Below, in pieces: positions 50,211 through 63,491 of a stretch of 64,000 nucleotides of DNA; within the stretch, counting starts at the first letter, position 1, and each line of letters begins with the position of its first letter. The translations under genes and the position numbers were made by a program. The notes beneath the pieces were generated by a model. That model saw only the letters and a program-made list of their open reading frames with translations. It was not told where the DNA came from and did no database searches. Source of the DNA: Haliotis cracherodii. Lineage: Eukaryota. The stretch covers positions 20,274,001 through 20,338,000 of the forward strand of contig NW_027266266.1 of NCBI RefSeq assembly GCF_022045235.1. The letters are read 5' to 3'.

Positions 50211-52229
50211 TTATATTTTATCAATGTTAGTGCCTCCTATAATTATCAAAAGCGTGAGTAACATCCTAAAACCACGCTACAGAATTCTGGTTCTTGTCTG
50301 GCAGTAAGTCCAGGTTAGATCTAATAACCAAATAGGCTTACACATCATGAGGTATAGATTAGCGCATTTTTTTACATAGTATGCACAATCATTGACATTT
50401 TTCTTTATGAATTAGCATCAAGAATGAATTCCGCCTCTGAGGACAGGGATGATTTTGAAATGACTAAAGCGCTTGACAAACCTAGCCTGACAGCTATTGA
50501 ATCACAGCTCTCTTTTAAAAGAATGCGACCAGACCATAATGACACTTCTAATGGAATGTCTACATTAAAGAAGGTTCGTCACCATTCCAAATGAACCCTG
50601 TAGGAATTCCACAGAGTATATAGGTCCTTGGTATCCATTGCTGGCCATAAGAGCCCCAAAACAAGATTCTTGCTCATGCTTTCAGCCCCTTGTTGATATC
50701 ATATACAAGCCGGCATGATACAGCTTACTTCCGTGTGGTCACAGATATCAACGTATATTTTCAGTTTATGAGAGTAAATAAAATGAGACATTTGCAACAC
50801 TGTCAACCTCAATAGTTTATGCTTTGAAAAACTTGAAGCTTCTGTTAAGTGACAATTGTCCCATCTAACATTTTATTGAAAAAACTATCCATTGGCCATA
50901 CTTAGTTTTTGTTGATTTTTTGTTTTCTTTCTTCTTTAACGCCGCACTCACCAATATTCCAGCTATATGTCGTAAGGTATATGACGTATGTAAATAATCG
51001 AGTCTGGACAAGACAATCCAGTGATTGACATCATGAGCATCAATCAACGCAATTGGCATAGAAAGACATGCATCAACCAAGTCAGCAATCCTGACCACCC
51101 GATCCTCGTTAGTTGCCTCTTGAAAGGTTTTTGTTTGTTGTTTAACGCCGCACTCAGCAATATTCAAGCTATATGACGGCCGTCTGTTAATAATCGAGTC
51201 TGGACCAGACAATCCAGTGATTGATATTATGAGTATATTTCCACGAAATTGGGATACAATGACATGCATCATCAAGGTCAGCGAGCCTGACCACCCGATC
51301 CCTTTTGTCGTCTTTTACTACAAGCATAGTCGCCTTTTACGGCAAGCATGAGTTGCTGAAGACCTATTCTACCCCGGGTCACCTCTTGAAAGCGAAGTAG
51401 CCTCTTACTGCAAGCATCAGTTGCTGAAGACTAGTTCTAACCTGGCTCTTCATGGGTGGGTACATCGTCATGGATATTAAATGTTACCTGACATACTCCT
51501 TTATAATGTAAATGAACCTCCAGTGTAATATTTCCTGCAGTGTTAGTTTTGTTCTTTCAAATCTCAAATCTTGATATCCATTTGATACCATTACATATTT
51601 TACTATGCATCGGCATGCAAAGAGATCCCGACCTCGTTAGTCGCCTTGTACGACAAGCATATTCTCCTTTTACGGCAAGCATGGGTTGCTAAAGACCTAT
51701 TCTACCCCGGATCTTCATGGGTCCAGATTACATTGAATCCATGCATATACAAACCTGTACTATCAACACAAGCATTTGTAGTGCACATGCACGAAAGCAC
51801 TATCACTACTTACTGTCATCCAAATGAAAATCCAACTCTTCTGAAAAAAATGTGTTCTGTCTAATGGCTGTAGATGAGATTTCTCTTGAAAACATGAGGT
51901 CACCATTAGATGATTTCACTCATTAGTGGTATGTGGGGCAGCCAATTGGCTGAATCCCTCGCCCGTTAGCCTGAACAACTTGGTTCCATTATTTCTAATA
52001 TGGGTATACAGCGGTAGAAAGTAACAGTTTTAGTGATATAACCTATAATGATAACATATAGCAAAACCCTTAAAAATGGAATTTTTTTTGCTAATCCTTA
52101 TGATACCTTAACTATTGGGCAGTTTGGCAAGGACCACAGGACTAGTGCCAATTTCTAACGCTGGGTATGTCAGACAAGTAGGCTATATCAACTCCTACTT
52201 AAATGCACTGAAAGGCCAAAGAAAGTAGC

Positions 52230-52672
52230 CACCAAGTTCGAGGACTAATGAAGTAAAAATTTCATTCAATAAATATCAAACCTGTTTAATTCATAGACAA
52301 AACAGGCTCTTACAGGATCACATAACCAATTTTGTCTCACAAGCCACAATCTGTCACTGTTTCATTGAAGGTGATGAAAGATGGCTGGATCTTGAACAGG
52401 AGTTCAACAAAAACAACCGAGTAGTAGTTTTAAGGTCAACAATGTCATCTTCTCCAAAATCAGACTTCGTTCCTGTTCTGGCTTTATAGTCTCCGCCACA
52501 ATTAACAATAGCATCTCTTAATTCTGATAAAATGTCCAACAAACTGTTTGGAAATATAGGGGTGCCACTTTTACAATCAACAGATAAAATGTAATAGGAG
52601 CTAGATCCCTCAGGATGGATATATACACATGCATATTATACGTCAGATTGACGGCCGAGCTAGGAATTATCA

Positions 52673-52711
<39 letters not shown>

Positions 52712-53900
52712 GGTAAACGTCTGAGACCTGCATCACTTCGGGCTTTCCTCCCAAATTAAGCTGACACGCCATGATATAACTGGAATACTGTTAAAAGCGG
52801 CGTTAAACCCCACTCACTCACTCTGCCTGTCTTAGACAGTCTATCAGCATCTTTAATATAAAGGGTAAAGTCTGTGAAAGTGACCTTCATATCCTCTACA
52901 TTATCCAACCATATTATGCCTGAGACATTCCAGAAGAGAAAGTTAATGAAGCTATTATTACTGTCGCTTCTCTCCCTTGATGGGTTCTCTTGATGAGCAG
53001 TAAAATCAGCGTATAGGCCCTGGCCACACCCTTAGCTCTGTCCCCCTACTGCTGGCCTGTGTGACCTCGAGCGCGTATCCCGTCTCTCATCCTGTTGTCT
53101 TTCCTCTCTCTCATCCTCTGTGCCTCAAGATATGCTTTCCTGTTCAGCTTGGGGGCACGGGTGGCCCAGTCGTCTAAGGCGCCGCGATTCGTTGTGCAGA
53201 GTTGCGTCCCTTGGACACACCAGAAACCTATGATTGTGGGTTTGAATCCCGGTTCACCCCGATTATGTTTCTAGGTTTGTCAGCACCATACCCTGTGCTC
53301 GTGTGTTTCACCGAAGTGGTAAACGTCTTAGACCTGCATCACTTCGGGCTTTCCTCCCACATTAAGCTGACACGCCGTGATATAACTGGAATACTGTTAA
53401 AAGCGGCGTTAAACCCAACTAACTTACTCACTCACTCCTGTGCAGCTTCATCTTTTCTAGTATCTCTCCTCTCTTCGGCTTCCCTCACTAATTTCCCTTC
53501 TCTGTAGTAGAACCGTGTGTCTGGTTCGTCTGTTCCGCATTTTAATAATTCCTGTCTCTGATTTAAAGTCAAGTCATTAGAGATGCCATATCCTTTACCT
53601 TTAAGGACGACACAGCTTGCATTTTGTCGTCCCAGTGCAGCATCTTCACGAGAAGGTTTATTAGGCTTCTTCGTCGGCATACGATGTGCACGTTTCTACA
53701 TCTCTGGAATTGAGCGGGGGAATTTCTTCTCTATCTTCAGTACTTTCAGAACTTTCTCCTTACACACCGTATATGATTCATGTTGTAATTCAGGCACTCT
53801 ATATAATATTACATTATTTTTCCTGTTTCTGCGGTCTTGGATTCATAGTGGATGTATTATAAATTCACAAGGTTTTGAGGGAATTGATCGATAAGCATAA
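52230..53900 (-). mobile_element. LINE family 1 remnant including ORF1 C-terminus
   Basis: ORF 53432-53680 (LKGKGYGISNDLTLNQRQELL...YREGKLV) is homologous to ORF1 of the family 2 fragment; APE fragment at 52354-52542. Confidence 0.8.
53151..53435 (+). mobile_element. SINE A in LINE ORF1
   Basis: TSD tcctgt(t/g)cagctt on both sides. Confidence 0.9.
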
Positions 53901-53910
53901 CTTAAAAGTT

Positions 53911-54184
53911 GGATGGGCCTAAGGCGCCGCGATTCGCTGTGCAGAGTTGCGTCCCTTTGACACGCCAGAAACCTATGATTGTGGGTTCCAATCCCGGTTC
54001 GCCCCGATTATGTTTCTAGGTTTGTCAGCACCATACCCGTGCTCGTGGGTTTCACCGAAGTGGTAAACGCCTGAGACCTGCATCACTTCGGGATTTCCTC
54101 CCACATGAAGCTGACACGCCGCAATATAACTGAAATACTGTTAAAAGCTTCGTCAAACCCAACTCACAATCACTCACTCACTCA
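53911..54184 (+). mobile_element. SINE A (5'-damaged)
   Basis: Diverged TSD cttaaaagttg/tttagaagttg. Confidence 0.85.
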
Positions 54185-54254
54185 TTTAGAAGTTGACGGA
54201 TGATAATGTAGACATAATTTATGGATACCAACTTCTTTATTTTACTGTAACCTT

Positions 54255-54289
54255 GACGTTTCGGTATAGATCCTTACGCCGTTGTCAAG
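54255..54289 (-). ncRNA. Hammerhead-like motif, second copy
   Basis: UUGACAAC-GGCGUA-AGGAUC-UAUACC-GAAACGUC; flanks CCUU/AAGG can pair. Confidence 0.5.
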
Positions 54290-55255
54290 CAAGGCTGAAT
54301 AATGAACATGGTACAAAATATATATAGAAGGATGAGGATTAACAGTAACAAACAATTGCATACATGAAAGAGATAAACATGAGTAAGTTAGATAATACAC
54401 ATGATAAGGAAGCCAATTAAACAGGATTAGTATACATAGGAGAGGTCGCTATTGCTTGATGAGTTAACAGTAGGCGGATAGGATGAAATGGCCTTGATCT
54501 CTGTTGATTGATGGTTGTGGCGGCGAATGTGGACTGCTTCTCTTAGTTGGCTTTTTGTGAAGTCCTGGAGTTGTTGGAGAGGATTTGGGCGGTTTATGTT
54601 GTGATTAGGGCAGTTGGTGATGTGGTCCGAATGGCTGATTTACTGTCGGATTTGATGGTTGAAGTTTTGTGCTCTTTGATTCTGGTGTTGATGGGGCGGG
54701 ATGTTTCACCGACATAGGATTGCCCCATATCATCAGCCGCCTCCTTCAACCCCAATATTGACCCCGATTTCGCCAGATCAACCCCCCTCAATTTTCTAAG
54801 AAGGGACAACGACAGAAACACGACTAAACGCCAAGAACCTAAAGGTGTAGTTTATAAAATTGACTGTAACTGGACAATCCTATATAGGGAAAACATCCCG
54901 CCCTATAACCGTTTGCATTCATCTAGCACCCCTACATTTCCAAAAAGAATGCACGAAACACAGATTCAATAATTGTAGCCTTTTCCTGTTCACAAATCCT
55001 AAAGTGGACACTCATATATTAAGTCGACTATGAATTAATTAGTCATAGAATATCAAATACACGTAACGCCACATTAAATTAGCGGTATTAACTTATACTT
55101 TGAAACTGAGAGTTATCTCCCTTCCGTTGGTGCCGCTCGTTGCCAAGCTACCGATATCAGCAAAACGACGCCATTTTATGTTGCCGCATCTGCTGTCTCT
55201 TTGTTCTCAATCTATAACCTGCCTTGGATTTTGAGCATCGCTTGAGTTTTTAAAC

Positions 55256-56193
55256 ATGCAGTCAAGTAGCTGTGTTCAAGGTACCAATGTGTCACAGTTT
55301 TATGTTGATTACGTTTCACCCTGTGGTTATATAATCGGCTACCGTCAGGTTGATGCTAATGTTTCATCACTAAGGTCTATAACTAGGCCTGTATAAATCT
55401 CAACCTACTATACTCGTTTCCTTGCATTATATATTTTTATTTGGTACTTAAATTTCCTCAATGGCCAATGCTCACATAAATAGTGATTTTGTCCTGACCC
55501 CGGGTGAAGCGCACTAACAAATAGAATAAAATAAATACAACTGACACGAACGTGTATAAGATGATACCTATAGACCTATATGCTATATACTTACAAGCTT
55601 ACGTTTTTAATCAATGACTTTACAGTGTAAATAAGAGTGTGCATGTCTTATTTATTTTCACTTCTCCCCCACACAGAGAGGATGTTTCACCCGGCTTTCA
55701 CCCCTGCTGCCACTCCTGTCCCACGTCGAGTAGGTGTGCTAGGGTTGTAGAAACAGAATATGACTAACTTTTACAACAGATCCTTGTCTAAATCTCAGTG
55801 TGTCAAAGTGTTGATGTTCCATAACTTACTGTATGACCACGTTCCTAACTAAAGATACACCACACCCTACCTATCACTAGTGTCAGTATCACGTTTGTCT
55901 CATCATTTCTCTCTTTCCACTTCCCTCCCCACCAGCGTCCTTGTGTGTACCACCCTGAACCCCTGTCCACCCTCCCCACCTCCTACACCTCTGTCCCCGA
56001 CCCAGCCCCTGTCTCTGTTTCTGTCAACATCACCGGCCACGTCATTATGGTTGACACCGACTTTGTGGAGATCGATCTCGGCCGTGAGGAAGACACACAA
56101 CCCCTCCCTCCCCAGTCCTTCCTGAGAGCCTTGCTGTCCCGCTTCATCCGTCTGGTCAAGAGAATCTTCACGTCCAACAAAAACGACGCTTAA
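55256..56193 (+). CDS. Novel 3-exon small protein, copy 8 (111 aa)
   Basis: Exons 55256-55280, 55677-55729, 55936-56193; GT-AG introns, open frame. Confidence 0.7.
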
Positions 56194-56667
56194 AGTGATA
56201 ATTTGTAACAATCTGAGAAGTCCCCTTTCCTCTTTTTTTATGGACACTTTGGCAAATTAGTTATCATTCCCATTTGGTTGTTCTTTCATTGGCATGATTA
56301 GTAAATTTTGTTGTTGTTGTTAAAATTGTTGTTGGTTGCTTTATTCTATTATTAGTGTAGGAGCCTCCTTACGTATGGAACAAACTCAAACATAACCAAA
56401 AGCTACGAGTCACATTACAGAATTCTGCATTCTGTTTCTACGTTTGTAGATCTCCTTAGGTCTGTGAAAACTTGGCGAATATCGTATGCAATAGTTAAAT
56501 ATTGTAGTCCAATAATAGGTTTCACAAATTACTCATGTTAGAAATCGAACCTTGATCAGGGTGTGACAAGCAAACACTAACTGCTGTGCCACTCTTCAGC
56601 CAATCTGTTTTCAGATTTGCCAGTTGAAATGATCAAATTTCATAGAACACTCAATAATAACCCCTCA

Positions 56668-56733
<66 letters not shown>

Positions 56734-57843
56734 GGAATAATAAAATATATAATGTGAGCTCAGTAATTTATTTGAGGACAATTATTTCCCCGAAAAAACT
56801 TCAAACATTGTGTTTAAAATAGGGATGGTAAGAACATGAATAGGGATGTATCAGGAAAGTTTTTGAAGAGAAGTCCTAACTCAGTAGACTATGGGCCATA
56901 AGACCTGGACATGATTTTCAGCACCTGTCTCCCTGGTCTTGAAACAAAAATGTATTTAATGTGCTCTTGATGCTGAATTTGTGGAACATCACAGGCCATG
57001 TTATTATGGTTGCTCAGTAACAGCATGCTATGAAGTTCTCAAACGATTTCTTACCAAAACAGGCTTCCTAACATTGAATTGAATTTGGTGAAACAGGTCA
57101 ATAATATACTGGTATACTACATACCTGCAGAACTAATTACAGTTTACAGGATAATTATGATAATAATTTGTGTACTGTACCATCAAAATTCAATTTGGAA
57201 ATATTTAGGAATATTTCTTCCTTGCTAATTATTTCCTAGCTTTCATAACTTACCTATGAATAAATTGATACAATCTTTGTGATGGTCATGACAATATTAT
57301 GGTTGACACTAACTTGAGACTGACTTATTTGAGATTTTGGCAGTGAGAAAGAAACAGAAACCCTCCCAGCCGTACTTCCTGAGAAGCACGATGTCCCGTC
57401 CCATGTCATCCGAGTGGTCAAAAGAGTCTTCACCTCCAGCACCAACGTTTAAAGCTTTCCTTGGAACAAGTTCCAGGATATTTTGTTGGATTCATTAACT
57501 TTTCGTCTTGTTAAATATTTCCATATGGTTTCAGTTGTATAAATAAATGCTTTTGTTGTTCAAACTATTGTTTGCTGTTATATTTTATCAATGTTAGTGC
57601 TTCCTAAATTATTAAAAGCCTGAATAACATCCTAGAACGATGCTACAGAACTCTGGTTCTTGTCTGGCAGTAAGTCTAGGTTAGATCTAATAACCAAATA
57701 GGTTAATACATCATGAGGTATAGATAAGCGCATCTTTTTATATTGTATGCACAATCATTGACGTTTATTTATGAAATAACATCTAGAATGAATTCCGCCT
57801 CTGAGGACAGGGATGATTTTGAAATGACTAAAGTGCTTGACAA

Positions 57844-58234
57844 TAGGGCTGGGACGGGTCCAAATTTACTACCCGGGTACCCACCCCCCTATAACCCACC
57901 CCTACCCGGGTACCCACTGTAAGTCTCTGGAGATGTCACAAAATGTCCGAATGGGAACATTTTTAGCATATCCCTGGCAAAATGTATTAAGATGCATGTA
58001 TTGAACAATCTGGTCATTCATACACTAACTTTAACTTTATTCAACCATATGAAAAATCAGAAGGAATGGGTTCATATTCAGAAAGAAATGCGAACATTAG
58101 TGACTTGTAGTGTAACCATAGATAATTTTTTCATGAAACAATATATCACGTGACTAACCACGGGTCCGGGTAGTCCTGTGGGTACCCGGATCCTACTCAG
58201 TACCCACCTGACCTGGGTACCCATCCCAGCCCTA
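57844..58234. mobile_element. hAT-type MITE, orthologous copy
   Basis: Same site and CTTGACAA TSD. Confidence 0.9.
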
Positions 58235-59779
58235 CTTGACAAACCTAGCCTGACTGTAACTATTGAATCACAATTCTTTATTAATAGAATGCGACCAGAC
58301 CATAATGACACTTCTAATGGAATGTCTACATTAAAGAAGGTTCGTCACCATTTCAAATGAACCCTGTCAGAAACTAGGAATTCCACAGAGTAGAAAAGGT
58401 CCTTGGTATCCATTGCTGGCCATAAGAGCCAAAGAACAAGATTCTTGCTCATGCTTTCAGTCACTGGTTTGTGTGATCATGACTTCATATCATATACAAG
58501 CCAGCGTGATACAGCTTACTTCCGTGTGGTCACAGATATCAATGCATATTTTCAGTTTACAAGAGTAAATAATATGAGACATTTGCAACACTGTTCATCC
58601 TCAATAGTTTCTGCTTTGAAAAACTTGAAGCTTCTGTCATAGCTATCACAAGTGACAATTGTTCTATCTAACATTTTATTGAAAAAAGTCAATATCCATT
58701 GGCCATACTTAGTTTTTGTTGAATTTTTGTTTTGTTTGTTCTTTAACGATGCACTCACCAATATTCCAGCTATATGACAGCCGTCTGTAAATAATCGTGT
58801 CTGGACAAGACAATCCAGTGATTGACATCATGAGCATCGATCAACGCAATTGGCATACAAAGACATGCATCAACCAAGTCAGCAATCCTGACCACCCGAT
58901 CCTCGTTAGTTGCCTCTTGAACGCTTGTTTGTTTGTTGTTTAACGCCGCACTCAGCAATATTCCAGCTATATGACAGCCGTCTGTAAACAATTGAGTCTG
59001 GACCAGACAATCCAGTGATTGATATTATGAGTATCGATCGACGAGATCGGGATACGATGACATGCATCAACAAAGTCAGCGAGCCTGACCACCCGATCCC
59101 GTTTGTCGCCGTTTACGAGAAGTATAGTTGCCTTTTACGGCAACCATGGGTTGCTGAAGACCTATTCTACGGCGGATCTCCTCTTGAAAGCAAAGTAGCC
59201 TCTTACTGCAAGCATCAGTTGCTGAAGACTAGTTTTAACCTGGCTCTCCATGGGTGGGTACATCGTCATGGATATCAAATGTTACCTGACATACTCCTTT
59301 ATAATGTTAATGAACCTCCAGTGTAACATTTCCTGCAGTGTTAGTTTTGTTCTTTCAAATCTCAAATCTTGATATCTATTTGATACCATTACATATTTTA
59401 CTATGCAAAGGCAAGCAATGAGATCCCAATCCCGTTAGTCGCCTCTTGCAACAAGCATAGTCTCCTTTTACGGCAAGCATGGGTTGCTGAAGACCTATTC
59501 TACCCCGGATCTTCACGGGCCCAGATTACATTGAATCCACTCATATACAAACATGTACTATCAATGCAAGCTTTTGTATTGCACATGCACGCAAGCACTA
59601 TCACTACATACTGTTATCCAAATGAAAATCCAACTCTTCTGAAAAAATGTGTTCTTTCTAATGGCTGTAGATGAGATTTCTCTTGAAAACTTGAGGTTAC
59701 CATTAGATAATTTCACTCATCTCTGCCTCCCTACTGCTGACCTCTGTGACCTCGAGCGCGTATCCCGTCTCTCATCCTG

Positions 59780-62208
59780 GGCCTAGATTTTCGAAACGAT
59801 CGTAGCCCTAAAATTATCGTAAATTTGTCGTAAGGAAATCGTAGGCTATCGTAGCATATTTTCGAAACTATCGTAGCCCTAAGATATCTTAAGATTGTCG
59901 TAAATCTAAGATAGCCCCATACCTGTCGTAAGTTTATTTTATCTTCGTCCAAGATGGCGGCATACTTTTCCATAGATATTTTGGGAAACCATTAGTCTGC
60001 TTTACGTTCAAACATTGACATTTCATTTTGTAAAACTCAGTGATTCAAATTGACACTTCGAAAACACAAAGAACGCATCAAGGATTTCACGCCAAAAATG
60101 TTCTTAATCGCGACAGCGATCCACATAACTGTGGAGACGATAGCTTACAATATATTTCTATCCGAGTCCATGCTGAAGAAGTGTGAAACAACATACCTTT
60201 TCGATAATTTAGGAAGGATAAAAACGGAAGGTGTCGGCAGGCTACAGTAATGACCGTGACCTTATTGATAACTCAGGGGGAGCTAATCTTAGTTCAAACT
60301 CTAGTTGAGAGTGGTTTCCCTTTGTATTCGCCCGGGACACCTTGCTCAATGTTACAGTTTTCATAAAGCGCAGAGTTCCGCTGTTTTCTATTTTCTGGAT
60401 CGCATTTGTGTAAATGCTTTAGTCTTAATTTTATATAGCATTTTATAAAATTATATCAATATATATATGTAAAAAAAACCCATAAAGGTTTCGCATAAGT
60501 TTTTACATCTAAAATCGTGTGGGACAGGTGGTTTTAATAATTGAATTTTAACTATACAGTGTAGTATTTATTGACTTAACAAGGAAATACATGTGATCAA
60601 ATATTTGTATACAATATTTAATATTTTTCTTGCAAAAGTAATTGTAATTATTTGTTTCGTTTTAAATTCAATACCTATGTTATCTATGTCCTCTTGAAAG
60701 ACAAATATTTGATACAAAGTGATTAACAAACTGTCTGTTGAACAATTGCATTCTTTACAAACATGTGATTAACGGCATGTATTCCATTAAATATAACAAT
60801 TTACTGAAATTTTGACAGCAAAAGTTAAATTAAGCATAGATTTTCGTAGAGACAAAATTAAATAAAAAATTCGTTCCCATGCTCGTTTGGGTTATCGTCA
60901 AAATGTAGCATAGATTGCACATTGTCCAAAATTCACTTTCCAATATATGTTCGCAGAAAAAAAGTTTATTGAATGAAATTTCGTTGTAACGTATAGGTTC
61001 AACGGACAAATATTTGTAAATGATCCTCAGCAATTCTGTTCGCCAACCCAAACATTATTGAACTACGTTCTGTAACAGTTTGACACTTACAAGGTATTTC
61101 GCTCCTCAGCCAAAATGACTACATAATATGTATGTTCACGTTAACTTGTGGATGTTCCATGAGACAACATGACTTGACAATTCCTAAATTATCTCCCTTT
61201 GCGAACGAAAATTAGTGTCACCTTTAAATTTTGAAAAGAATTATGGATCTAGATAGATAAAAAAATAATTTCATCATCTAAATACAAATAGCTTGATATT
61301 GTATTTAAGTCCTTGGTTAATTCGTGAAATATATTGGATACATAAATAACAAAACAAACTTAACAAGATCAGATTGTCTTAAAAACTTGCTTGTGGGTGC
61401 GCTGCTTCCTGAACATTTTTTGTTTTGAGTGTTTCCACGTATAATGTTGGTGTTTACACTAATATAAACTTGACTTTTGACATAAACACAAAAATATACA
61501 GTATACATCACTTAACATCAGACTTGAACACGCATGTTAAATGCTGAACGCATATGCTGTTCGATGAAAGGTTCTCGTCATTGTCATTTAGAATAACGTC
61601 CCTTACGTTCGTCCTTGACTTTGTTCGCGATGTATTTATATCATAAAGTTCTGCGCGCTCACGAGAGGACCATTTGAAGTGAAAATACTGAAGTATCTTT
61701 GGGCACATTATTTCAATTCTAATAGCTAAAGTGTGGTAACACTACACTTATTGATTATAGCATTTATTGGTTTTGAAAAATGCTATTGCATGGCACACGA
61801 ATGCTTTTTGTGTTCGGTTAGTCATGGCATCTTTTATCATAAGAACAAAACGTCTACATGAAGGACATATGTAAGATTGTACAGAATTTCACTCAAATAT
61901 GTGCATGTTAAACAATATGACCTGACAATGTAATCATGAATTCCGTGTCACTTACATGTATCTATGTTGTTGTTATTGTCAGCAGCTGGGAAATCCCCAT
62001 GACGTCACTGGGAAACACCCCGCTTTTTCAATCTCTAACACAAATGAGTTCTCTGTCAGAGTTACGATAGGTATCTTAACTCGGAACGATCTGCGACAGG
62101 TTTACGGTAGTTTCGAAAATCTAACTTATCTTAACCTTAAAATAACTTATCTTTGAACGTAAGTTGTTAAGATTTATCTTAGCTAAGATCGTTTCGAAAA
62201 TCTAGACC
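59780..62208. mobile_element. Same Harbinger-like element without the nested insertion (2429 bp)
   Basis: Same TIRs, CTG TSD and insertion site as 8415-13061. Confidence 0.85.
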
Positions 62209-62267
62209 CTGTTGTCTTTCCTCTCTCTCACCCTCTGTGCCTCCAGATATGCTTTCCTGTGCAGCTT

Positions 62268-62555
62268 GGGGGCACGGGTGGCCCAGTCGTCTAAGGCGCC
62301 GCAATTCGTTGTGCAGAGTTGCGTCCCTTGGACACACCAGAAACCTATGATTGTGGGTTCGAATCCCGGATCGCCCCGATTATGTTTCTAGGTTTGTCAG
62401 CACCATACCCGGTGCTCGTGGGTTTCACCGAAGTGGTAAACGTCTTAGACCTCTATCACTTCGGGCTTTCCTCCCACATTAAGCTGACACGCCGTGATAT
62501 AACTGGAATAATGGTAAAAGCGTGTTAAACCCAACTCACTCACTCACTCACTCAC
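62268..62555 (+). mobile_element. SINE A in LINE ORF1
   Basis: Perfect TSD TCCTGTGCAGCTT (62255-62267 and 62556-62568). Confidence 0.92.
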
Positions 62556-62966
62556 TCCTGTGCAGCTTCATCTTTTCTAGTATCTCTCCTTTCTTCGGAA
62601 TTCCCTCACTAATTTCCCTTCTTTGTAGTAGAACCGTGTGTCTGGTTCGTCTGTTCTGCATTTTAGTAATTCCTGTCTCTGATTCAAAGTCAAGTCATCA
62701 GAGATGCCATATCCTTTACCTTTAAGGACGATCCACATTGACACAGCTTGCATTTTGTCGTCCCAGTGCAGCATCTTTACGAGAAGGTTTATTAGGCTTC
62801 TTCGTCGGCATACGATGTGCACGTTTCTACATCTCTGGAATTGAGCGGGGGAATTTCTTCTCTATCTTCAGTAATTCCAGAACTCTCTCCTTACACACCA
62901 TATATGATTCATGTTGTAATTCAGGCACTCCATATAATATTACATTATTTTTCCTGTTTCTGCGGT

Positions 62967-63024
62967 TTTATCGTCACGATATGGCTGAAATATTGCCCAT
63001 GTGACGTTAAATAATAACTCACAA
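62967..63024 (+). mobile_element. Short 3'-end fragment of a third SINE family
   Basis: ...gatatggctgaaatattgcccatgtgaCGTTAAAtaataactcac; TSD ttctgc(g/a)gt; absent at the homologous site about 53830. Confidence 0.7.
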
Positions 63025-63109
63025 TTCTGCAGTCTTGGATTCATAGTAGATGTATTATAAATTCACAAGGGTTTGAGGGAATTGTTCGATAAGCATAACT
63101 TAAAAGTTG

Positions 63110-63386
63110 GGTGGGACCAGTCGTCTAAGGAGCCACGATTCGCTGTGCAGAGTTGCGTCCCTTTGGCACGCCAGAAACCTATGATTGTGGGTTCGAATCC
63201 CAGTTCGCCCCGATTATGTTTCTAGGTTTGTCAGCACCATACCCGTGCTCGTGGGTTTCAACGAAGTGGTAAACGCCTGAGACCTGCATCACTTAGGGCC
63301 TTCCTCCCATGTTAAGCTGACATGCCGCGATATAACTTGAATACTGTTAAAAGCTTCGTTAAACCAAACTCACAGTCACTCACTCA
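63110..63386 (+). mobile_element. SINE A
   Basis: Diverged TSD cttaaaagttg/cttggaagttg. Confidence 0.88.
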
Positions 63387-63456
63387 CTTGGAAGTTGACG
63401 GAAGACAATGTACACACAATTCATGGATAACAACTTCTTTATTTTACTGTAACATC

Positions 63457-63491
63457 GACGTTTCGGTATAGATCCTTATACCGTTGTCAAG
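63457..63491 (-). ncRNA. Hammerhead-like motif, third copy
   Basis: Same sequence as 13469-13503. Confidence 0.55.
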
